From positions 1 to 53,705 of the forward strand of contig JBHGAY010000033.1 of assembly GCA_041946735.1 (NCBI GenBank): DNA of 53,705 nt, given 5' to 3'. This DNA is from Candidatus Eiseniibacteriota bacterium. GTDB lineage: Bacteria; Eisenbacteria; RBG-16-71-46; CAIMUX01; VGJL01. Position numbers and translations under genes: made by a program. Within the stretch, counting starts at the first letter, position 1. Every line of letters begins with the position of its first letter. Under the pieces are notes generated by a model. That model had not been told where the DNA came from. It did no database searches and was given only the letters and a program-made list of their open reading frames with translations. Below, one piece after another: positions 46,581 through 53,705 of this stretch.

Positions 46581-49001
46581 TTGCATCCGGACGATCCCGA
46601 GGTCGCGATCCTCTCCGATCTGAACGACGTGCAGCTCGAGGCGGTCACCCATGGGGACGGCCCGCTCCTGATCCTGGCCGGAGCCGGGAGCGGCAAGACG
46701 CGCGTGCTCACGCGGCGGGTCGCGAGCCTCGTGCTGCGCGGCGTCGATCCGGAGCGGATCCTCGCCGTCACCTTCACGAACAAGGCGGCGGGGGAGATGC
46801 GCGAGCGCGTCTCCACGCTCCTCGGCGAGCGCGCGCGCGGGATCTGGATCGGGACGTTCCACTCGATCGGCCTCCGGATCCTGAAGCGCCACCAGCACGT
46901 CCTCGGCTTCCACTCGCTCACCGTCTTCGACGCCGACGATTCCCTCGACCTGATCCGCAAGGTCCTGAAGGACGCCCCTGGGATCGCGGAGAGCGGCTTG
47001 AAGCCGCGCGAGGCGCGCGAGGCGATCAGCACGGCGAAGAATCGGCTCCTCACCCCCGATCGCCTCGAGTCGATGGGCGGGCCGAACCGGCAGCGGATCG
47101 CCCGCGTCTGGCGGCTCTACGAGAAGCGCCTGCGCGAGCAGGACGGGGCGGACTTCGACGACCTCCTGCTCCTCGTCCTCGATCTCTTCGAGATCGAGCC
47201 GGAGATCGGCGAGCGCTACGCGCGCCGCTTCCAGCACGTGCTGGTCGACGAGTACCAGGACACCAATCGGGTGCAGTTCGAGATCGTGCGGCGGCTCGCC
47301 GCCGTGCATGGCAACGTGACCGTCGTCGGCGACGACGACCAGTCGATCTACGCCTGGCGCGGGGCGGACATCACGAACATCCTCGAGTTCGAGCGCCACT
47401 TCCCCGGCGCGGCCGCGCTGCGCCTCGAGCAGAACTACCGCTCGACGACGGCGATCCTCGACGTCGCTCATGCGGTCATCAAGAACAACGTCGGCCGCAA
47501 GCCGAAGAAGCTCTGGACGGACAAGGGAGCCGGCGAGCCGGTTCGCTTCGTCCTCGCCGAGGACGAAGAGCAGGAAGCGTACCTGGTGGCGCGCGCAATC
47601 CGCGAGCGGATGCGAGAGGCCGACCTTCGACCGTCCTCTTTCGCGATCCTCTACCGCACCCACGCCCAGTCGCGCCCGCTCGAGGAGGCGCTGATCCGCG
47701 CCGAGATCCCCTACCGCGTCGTCGGCGGCGTCTCCTTCTTCCAGCGGCGCGAGGTGAAGGACCTGCTCGCCTACCTGCGGCTGCTGGTGAATCCGCGCGA
47801 CGAGATCTCGTTCCGGCGCGCGGCGCTCGCGCCCAAGCGCGGCGCGGGGGAGACGACGATCGAGCGGATCGTCGCCGCGGCGCGCGAGCGCGGAATCGAC
47901 TTGCTCGACGCGGCAGTTCGCGCGGTGGATCTGGGAGTCCCGGGGCGCGGGCTCACCGGTCTCGCCGAGATGGGCCGGATGCTCCAGCGGATGACGGAGC
48001 GTGTCGCGGTCGAGCCGCCGCACCGGCTGCTCGAGGAGATCGTCGAGGCGATCGGTTACCGCGCATGGCTCGACGAGGAGTACGACGGCGACGGCGAGGA
48101 CCGCTTCGCGCACGTCCTCGAGCTGATCGAGGGGGCGGAGAGCTACGAAGGATCGGAGGAGGGGAGCGACCTGGCCGGCTTCCTCGAGCAGATCGCCCTC
48201 TTCGCGCAGGCGGACGAGGCGAAGGCGGGCGAGGACCGCGTGACGCTCATGACGACGCACAACGCGAAGGGGCTCGAGTTCGACGAGGTGTTCGTGACCG
48301 GACTCGAGGAAGGTCTCTTCCCGCACGCCTCCTCGTTCGACGATCCGCAGGAGCTGGAGGAGGAGCGCCGGCTCTTCTACGTCGCCGCGACGCGCGCGCG
48401 CCGCCGCCTGACGCTCACGGCGGGCCGCGAGCGCCGCCGCATCAACATGAGCGGACCGACCGACCTGAGCCGGTTCCTCGCCGAGATCCCGCCCGAGCTG
48501 CTCGCGACCGAGCAGGCGGGATGGTCGTACGCGCTGCGCAGCTACTACCGTCCGAGCGGTCCGCCGCCGCGCCGCTATGGCGGAGGGCGGAGTGGAGCGG
48601 CGGGGCGGAACGCGGGCGCGCAGACAGGGTCGGGGTACCGCCGGGGCGGCGGGCAGCAGGACATGTGGCTCGACCGCGAGGCGGCGGCGGCCAACGCGGC
48701 GGCCGCGGCTGCGGCGGCGGCCGCTGCCCATATGGCGGCCGGCGGCCACGAGCCGACGATCGAGCGCGAGGCGCCGGTGCGGCGTATCCGCGGCCTGCGC
48801 GCGAAGCACATCCGCTTCGGGACGGGCGAAGTGATCTCGATCGAAGGGGAGGGGACCGACGCGCGCGTCGAGGTCCGCTTCCCGAACTGGGGCGTGAAGA
48901 GGATCCTCCGCGCCTACCTCGCGATCGAGGACGGGGACGAAGAGCGAGAGGGGAAGCCGGACGGCGGGGCGGGCACGAGACGCGGAGGAGCCGGGCCTTG
49001 A
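46581..49001 (+). CDS. pcrA: ATP-dependent DNA helicase PcrA/UvrD
   Basis: AGAGSGKTRVL, TFTNKAA, VDEYQDTN, VGDDDQSIY, LEQNYRS, KGLEF, EEERRLFYV; C-terminal Tudor-like domain; TTG start. Confidence 0.96.
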   Translation: MHPDDPEVAILSDLNDVQLEAVTHGDGPLLILAGAGSGKTRVLTRRVASLVLRGVDPERILAVTFTNKAAGEMRERVSTLLGERARGIWIGTFHSIGLRILKRHQHVLGFHSLTVFDADDSLDLIRKVLKDAPGIAESGLKPREAREAISTAKNRLLTPDRLESMGGPNRQRIARVWRLYEKRLREQDGADFDDLLLLVLDLFEIEPEIGERYARRFQHVLVDEYQDTNRVQFEIVRRLAAVHGNVTVVGDDDQSIYAWRGADITNILEFERHFPGAAALRLEQNYRSTTAILDVAHAVIKNNVGRKPKKLWTDKGAGEPVRFVLAEDEEQEAYLVARAIRERMREADLRPSSFAILYRTHAQSRPLEEALIRAEIPYRVVGGVSFFQRREVKDLLAYLRLLVNPRDEISFRRAALAPKRGAGETTIERIVAAARERGIDLLDAAVRAVDLGVPGRGLTGLAEMGRMLQRMTERVAVEPPHRLLEEIVEAIGYRAWLDEEYDGDGEDRFAHVLELIEGAESYEGSEEGSDLAGFLEQIALFAQADEAKAGEDRVTLMTTHNAKGLEFDEVFVTGLEEGLFPHASSFDDPQELEEERRLFYVAATRARRRLTLTAGRERRRINMSGPTDLSRFLAEIPPELLATEQAGWSYALRSYYRPSGPPPRRYGGGRSGAAGRNAGAQTGSGYRRGGGQQDMWLDREAAAANAAAAAAAAAAAHMAAGGHEPTIEREAPVRRIRGLRAKHIRFGTGEVISIEGEGTDARVEVRFPNWGVKRILRAYLAIEDGDEEREGKPDGGAGTRRGGAGP

Positions 49002-50419
49002 GCGCGCTGCTGCGCCGCGGGACCGAATGGCTCCGCCTCGATCTTCTCGAGCGGCTCGAGCGTCCCCCCGTCGTCGCTCCCCCTGCGGCTGTCGTGCGCG
49101 CGCGGATGCGCGCGGCGGCGGGGATCGATGGACGCCCGCCGTCCAGCGGCGAGGGCCGCGCCGGTGCCGATACCCTCGACGCGGCGCTCGACACAGCCCT
49201 CGATGCGGCGCCCGCCGCGAGCCGGATCGCTCCCGACTTCCGCGAGCGCGCCTCGCGCGCGCGCGCCGTCTGCCTCGCCGTCCCCGACGCGACCCGCCGC
49301 GGCGCCTGGGAGCCGTGGGTCGCTCCCGCCCTCGCCTGGCTCGAGCGCGCGACGCCCGCCGCCGCCAGCCGGGTCGTCCTCGTCGCGAGCGGGGTGCACC
49401 GGCCGGCGCTGCCGGAAGGCGTGGCGGGAGCGGCGGCCGCGGCCTCCGCCTGGCGCGTCCTCGCCAACGGCGCAGACGGCTTCGCGAGCCACGTCGCGGT
49501 CGGCGCCACGTCCGCCGGCACCGAGGTCCGCCTCCATCCGCTCTGGGTGGCGTCGGACCTGCGCGTCGCGCTCGCCGACATTTCCTTCCACTACTTCGCC
49601 GGGTTCGGGGGCGGGCGGAAGCTCGTGTTCCCCGGCCTCGCCGAGCCATCCGGCATCCTCGCGAACCATCGCCGCAGCTTGACCGCGGAGGGATGGCCTG
49701 ACCCGGCGTGCGAGCCGGGGCGCCTCGCCGGCAATCCGGTCCACGAGGACCTGGTCGCCGCGGCCGCCCTCTGCCCGCCCCACCTGTTGATCCAGGCCTA
49801 CGAGCCCCGCCCCGGCGCGGACCCGGTGCTCGAAGTTGGCGAGCCATTCGCTTCTCACGAGCAGGCTTGCGCTCGCTACGCCGCCGGTCACAGGATCGAG
49901 CACACGCAGCGGCCCGAGCTGCTCGTCGCCGACGCGGGCGGGACGCCGCGCGACGCGACGTTCCTGCAGGCGCACAAGAGTCTGCAGCACGCGGCGCGCT
50001 ACCTGCCGGACGGTGGAAGCCTGCTGCTCGTCGCGGCGCTCGAGCAAGGGAGCGGGTCGGAGAGCTTCCAGCGGCTCTGGAGCCTCGAGCCGGGCGAGCT
50101 GGCGCGCAAGGCGGTCGAGAGCTACGAGCTTCACACCCACACCGCGCTCGCGCTGCGGTGCGTCACTCGCCGCCTCGAGGTCGCGGTCCTCGCGAGCCCG
50201 GCTTCGCCGATCGTTCCGGAGGCGCTTTCGCGAGCCGGAATCCGCGCTATGGTCGATCCCGGCGAGGCGCTCCGGTGGATCGAGGAGCGCGGGCGCGGCC
50301 GCGCGTGGGGATGGCTCGCCCGCGCGGAGGAGACGCTTCCCGAGCGGATCGGCGCAGAAGGCGGCAAACGACAGCCGGGCCTCCGCCAGGCGGAGGCGGC
50401 CGGGGAGGAACGACGATGA
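48998..50419 (+). CDS. Lactate racemase LarA-family (nickel-pincer, DUF2088) protein
   Basis: VPDATR, ASGVHR, FHYFAGFGGGRKLVFPG, ANH, GNPVHED, FLQAHK. TTG start overlaps the pcrA stop. Confidence 0.85.
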   Translation: MSALLRRGTEWLRLDLLERLERPPVVAPPAAVVRARMRAAAGIDGRPPSSGEGRAGADTLDAALDTALDAAPAASRIAPDFRERASRARAVCLAVPDATRRGAWEPWVAPALAWLERATPAAASRVVLVASGVHRPALPEGVAGAAAAASAWRVLANGADGFASHVAVGATSAGTEVRLHPLWVASDLRVALADISFHYFAGFGGGRKLVFPGLAEPSGILANHRRSLTAEGWPDPACEPGRLAGNPVHEDLVAAAALCPPHLLIQAYEPRPGADPVLEVGEPFASHEQACARYAAGHRIEHTQRPELLVADAGGTPRDATFLQAHKSLQHAARYLPDGGSLLLVAALEQGSGSESFQRLWSLEPGELARKAVESYELHTHTALALRCVTRRLEVAVLASPASPIVPEALSRAGIRAMVDPGEALRWIEERGRGRAWGWLARAEETLPERIGAEGGKRQPGLRQAEAAGEERR

Positions 50420-51720
50420 AGGTCCTGCTCGTCGGATCGGGTGGACGCGAGCACGCGCTCGCGTGGGCGATCTCGCGCTCCCCGCAACGGCCCGAGCTGA
50501 TCGTCGCCCCGGGCAACGCCGGCATCGCCTCGCTCGCCCGTCTCGTGCCGATCCCGGCCAACGACATCGACGCCCTCGCCGATCTCGCCGAGCGCGAGAA
50601 GGTCGACCTCACGGTCGTGGGACCCGAGGCGCCGCTCGTCGCCGGGATCGTCGACCTCTTCCGCGAGCGCGGGCTTCGCATCTTCGGCCCGGACCGCCGT
50701 GCCGCCCAGCTCGAAGGGAGCAAGGTCTTCGCGAAGGACTTGATGGGCCGCGCCGGCGTGCCGACCGCTTCCTACGAAGCCTTCTCGTCGCCGCGCTTCG
50801 CCGAGGCGGCGTTCCGCTCGACGCAGTATCCGAAGGTCATCAAGGCGGATGGTCTGGCGGCCGGCAAGGGAGTGTTCATCGTCCGCTCGCAGGAGGAGGC
50901 GCTCGCCGCGATCCGCACCATCATGGTCGAGAAGGTCTTCGGCCCGGCGTCGGAGCGGATCGTCGTGGAGGAGTTCCTCGAAGGGGAGGAGGTCTCGGTC
51001 TTCGCGCTCTGCCGCGGGCGCGAGTACTTCCTGCTGCCCGCCTCGCAAGACCACAAGCGCCTGCTCGAGAACGACGAGGGGCCGAACACCGGCGGCATGG
51101 GGGCCTACGCTCCCTACCCGCGCTGGACGGAGGACCTCGAGCGGCGCGTGCGGAGCGAGGTCATCGAGCCGACGTTGCGGGCGATGGAGGAGGCCGGCCG
51201 GCCGTACCAGGGTCTGCTCTACTTCGGTCTGATGATCCGCGACGGCCGTCCCTTCGTGCTCGAATACAACTGCCGCTTCGGCGATCCCGAGACGCAGGCG
51301 GTCCTGCCGCTCATCGAGGGAGACTTCCTCGGCGCGCTCGACGCGATCGCCGACGGCACCGCCGAGCACGCCGGGCCGGAGCATCGCGCCGCCCACCCGA
51401 TTCCCGAGCTTCGTCTCGCCGCCGGCGCGGCCGGCGTCGTCGTCCTCGCTTCCCGCGGCTATCCCGGGCACTTCGAGAAGGGGTTCCCGATCCGCGGGCT
51501 CGAGGAGGCAGCCGCGCTACCCAACGTCCTGCTGTTCCACGCCGGCACCCGTCCCGGTTCCTCCGGTCCGCTGACTGATGGGGGACGGGTCCTCGGCGTC
51601 ACCGGTAGAGGGTCGAGTCTGCGTGACGCTCTCCGGGCCGCCTATGAGGCGGTCTCGGTGATCGCGTACGAAGGGAAGACGTATCGGAGGGATATTGGAA
51701 GGAGGGGTCTGAGCGAATGA
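50416..51720 (+). CDS. purD: Phosphoribosylamine--glycine ligase
   Basis: GSGGREHA, VGPEAPL, LEGSKVFAK, KADGLAAGKGV, QDHKR, GPNTGGMGAY, EYNCRFGDPETQ. Confidence 0.97.
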   Translation: MKVLLVGSGGREHALAWAISRSPQRPELIVAPGNAGIASLARLVPIPANDIDALADLAEREKVDLTVVGPEAPLVAGIVDLFRERGLRIFGPDRRAAQLEGSKVFAKDLMGRAGVPTASYEAFSSPRFAEAAFRSTQYPKVIKADGLAAGKGVFIVRSQEEALAAIRTIMVEKVFGPASERIVVEEFLEGEEVSVFALCRGREYFLLPASQDHKRLLENDEGPNTGGMGAYAPYPRWTEDLERRVRSEVIEPTLRAMEEAGRPYQGLLYFGLMIRDGRPFVLEYNCRFGDPETQAVLPLIEGDFLGALDAIADGTAEHAGPEHRAAHPIPELRLAAGAAGVVVLASRGYPGHFEKGFPIRGLEEAAALPNVLLFHAGTRPGSSGPLTDGGRVLGVTGRGSSLRDALRAAYEAVSVIAYEGKTYRRDIGRRGLSE

Positions 51721-52451
51721 GGGCAAAGCCGAGCGACAAGCGATCCGCGAAGCGAGCGACGGCCAAGGGGGACGAGCCCCGCACGAAGGCGGGTGCGAAG
51801 ACGGGTGGGAAGGCGGCTGGGAAGGTCGCTGGGACGGCGGCTGGGACGGCCGCTCTGAAGGCGGCGGGGAAGGCGGTGGGCAAGGCGATGGGGAGGGCGG
51901 CGGGCAAGGCGGCGGGCAGGGCGGCGTCCTTGGCGCCGGAGCGCCAGGCTCGCAGAGGAGAGGGGTCGGATCCGGATCCGTCCTCGCCGCGCGTCGCGGT
52001 GCTCTTCGGGAGCGAGACCGACCGGGACGTGATGGCCGAGGCGGGTCGCGTCCTCGACCGGTTCGGCGTCCCGCACGACCTTCGCTCGCTCTCGGCCCAC
52101 CGGATGCCCGACGAGGTGGCGTTCTACGCCCGGCGGGCGAAGGATCGCGGCGTACAGGTGATGATCTGCGCGGCGGGGATGGCGGCCCACCTGGCGGGCG
52201 CGGTCGCTGCGCACACGACCCTGCCGGTCCTCGGCGTGCCGCTCGGCGGCAGCCCGCTCCATGGCTTCGACTCGCTCATGTCGACGGTGCAGATGCCGGC
52301 TGGCGTCCCGGTCGGCACGCTCGCGGTCGGCAAGGCCGGAGCGAAGAACGCGGCGCTGCTCGCCATCCAGATCCTCGCTCTGTCCGATCCCGGCCTCGAG
52401 CAGCGACTCGCGGAGTTCAAGAAGGCGATGACGAAGGGGGAGAAGCTGTAG
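51717..52451 (+). CDS. purE: N5-CAIR mutase with a long Lys/Ala/Gly-repeat N-terminal extension
   Basis: [41 protein letters not shown]. Confidence 0.95.
   Translation: MRAKPSDKRSAKRATAKGDEPRTKAGAKTGGKAAGKVAGTAAGTAALKAAGKAVGKAMGRAAGKAAGRAASLAPERQARRGEGSDPDPSSPRVAVLFGSETDRDVMAEAGRVLDRFGVPHDLRSLSAHRMPDEVAFYARRAKDRGVQVMICAAGMAAHLAGAVAAHTTLPVLGVPLGGSPLHGFDSLMSTVQMPAGVPVGTLAVGKAGAKNAALLAIQILALSDPGLEQRLAEFKKAMTKGEKL
51786..51926 (+). repeat. About 11-12 copies of a degenerate 12-bp repeat encoding (K/T/R)-A-A-G
   Basis: aaggcggctggg, aaggtcgctggg, acggcggctggg, aaggcggcgggg, aaggcggcgggc and similar units. Confidence 0.85.
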
Positions 52452-52488
52452 CGGACTCGCCTCGCTTCCGCCGGTCCCTCGAAACGAA

Positions 52489-52550
52489 GCGGCTCGGAGC
52501 CGCGCGCCTCGCAGGCTGTCAGCCTCGTAGGCGCGCCGGCGCCGAGTCGT
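52489..52550. repeat. Long imperfect palindrome (about 62 bp)
   Basis: gcggctcggagccgcgcgcctcgcaggctg-t-cagcctcgtaggcgcgccggcgccgagtcgt. Confidence 0.7.
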
Positions 52551-52576
52551 CTTGCGTCGTCGCGATGTCCTAGCGA

Positions 52577-53016
52577 TTACGCCGCCGCCTGGCTGTCACC
52601 GGACGCGGACGGGGGAAGGCCGACCGTTCCCTCGCGGCTTTCCGCCGCGTTCTCCTCGTCCTCCTCCAGCTCCTCGGAGGCCGCCTCCCCTTCAGCTTCC
52701 GGTACATCTCCGGGAAGTACTCCTCCGCGCGCGCCGGGTCGTCCTCGAAGTGCGAGCGGAGCATGTTGTACGCCTTCCGGTAGCCGACGATCAGCCGGCG
52801 CTTCTCGGAGAGCAGGACGGCCGAAGCTTCCCGCTCCTTCTCGATCGCCAGCCTGTACTCGCCGTCCGCGTCGACGACGACTCCGAGCGCGGCCGCGATC
52901 GCCGCCGCGTGAGCCTTGAGCCCGATGTGCGTTTCGCCGCGGAAGCGAGGCCGATGCCCGATGGGCAGCGTCGTTATTTCCGAGTAGCGCCGAGCGACGC
53001 CGAGCCGCACGTCCAA
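52577..53016 (-). pseudogene. Hypothetical protein fragment with a probable frameshift in a G4 run
   Basis: Helical globular segment up to EEYFPEMYRKLKG. Adding one G at 52687-52690 gives EAASEELEEDEENAAE...QAAA*, with genome-like GC3 codon usage. Confidence 0.5.
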
Positions 53017-53245
53017 GCTTCCTCCGGGAATAGTCAAGCTCGCTTTACACCGGCTCGCATCTCGCAAGCGCGTGGCCGGTCTCGAGGATCTGCGGACCGC
53101 GCTGATCGCTGTGACCGGCATTGATCTTGCGGCGGGCCGCGCGTCGATTTAGTCTCGTAGTCGCGAAGGGTGAGTGAACGCGGACGATCCGCAACTGCCA
53201 AAGAGATAGCCCGGGGTCAGGATCGCTCCGCCATGGTGGAGGCCG

Positions 53246-53635
53246 ATGACCGCTGCTACGCCGCCAGCCTTGGCGTGGAAGGTTCGGAACGCCGACCGGC
53301 AGCCGCTGCAGGTCGCGCAGGCGCGACTCCTCGACCGCGTGCGTATCACGATCCGCGCCCGTCACTACAGTCACAGCACCGAGAAGGCCTACGTCCAGTG
53401 GATCCGCCGATTCGTGCTGTTCCACGGGAAACGCCATCCGGCGGAGATGGGCGGGCCGGAGGTCAGCCGCTACCTCTCCCACCTCGCCACGGTCGGGCGC
53501 GTGAGCCGGACGATCGAGGAGCTGCTCGGCCACCGGGACGTAAGCACGACGATGATCTACACGCACGTGCTGAAGATCGCGGCCGGCGGCACGCAAAGCC
53601 CGCTGGATGCGCTGGAGTTCGCGCCAACAGCCTGA
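53246..53635 (+). pseudogene. intI: Integron integrase (IntI-like) with an in-frame internal deletion
   Basis: The N-terminal SAM-like domain LLDRVR..IRARHYS..TEKAYVQWIRRFVLFHGKRHPAEMG..EV..YLSHLA is fused directly to the C-terminal RTIEELLGHRDVSTTMIYTHVL...SPLD. Confidence 0.85.
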
Positions 53636-53705
53636 GCCGCGACCCTAAGTCCCCTGCTGCCCCGCCACCCCCAGCCAGCGATCCAGCAGCGCCGGATTCG
53701 CGGCG

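Noticed and set aside
44454..49847. 1797-aa minus-strand ORF and many other long overlapping ORFs
   Set aside because: These are stop-poor antisense or alternate frames typical of very high GC DNA. They lack motifs and lie opposite well-supported genes.
51717..52451. PurE-like gene near larA as a possible LarB
   Set aside because: It has canonical PurE motifs ([12 protein letters not shown]) and follows purD.
52489..52550. Calling the palindrome a bona fide attC
   Set aside because: No RYYYAAC/GTTRRRY core sites flank it on either strand; kept only as a weak lead.
53020..53245. attI site or LexA box upstream of intI
   Set aside because: No convincing GTTRRRY core with an inverted partner, and no SOS box could be identified by eye.

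Overview
High-GC bacterial chromosome segment, mostly housekeeping. Lipoproteins, Omp85/TamB, a beta-barrel OMP and secreted proteins with FlgD-Ig/T9SS-like C-terminal domains point to a diderm, plausibly FCB-associated lineage such as Ca. Eisenbacteria (inference only). The left half (1-24 kb) holds mixed metabolic and envelope genes: pteridine-reductase-like SDR, acyl-CoA dehydrogenase, NUDIX, GT2, LpoB plus COG3014-like lipoprotein, pepP, proline dehydrogenase, fabL, NfeD/stomatin, TPR and PDZ proteins, a YitJ-type HMT-MTHFR fusion and an M4/M36-like protease. The right half begins with minus-strand rlmD, then runs on the plus strand: prsA-like, recJ, relA/spoT, OMP, dtd, maf, mtnA, rplM, rpsI, rpsB, tsf, pyrH, frr, uppS, cdsA, dxr, tamA, tamB, pcrA/uvrD, larA-like, purD, purE. 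It ends in a decayed accessory patch with an internally deleted integron-integrase (IntI-like) gene. Best leads: (1) an unannotated, strongly structured plus-strand ncRNA candidate at about 16527-16700 behind a sigma28-type promoter, with an anti-SD C-rich loop and GGA loops; (2) an in-frame 129-aa mini-IntI beside a divergent frameshifted orphan and a long palindrome; (3) pervasive short tandem expansions with unit lengths in multiples of 3 inside housekeeping genes; (4) a t44/rpsB leader with a re-coded pseudoknot helix. No tRNA, rRNA or CRISPR array was seen. All family calls come from motif recognition by eye; no database searches were run.
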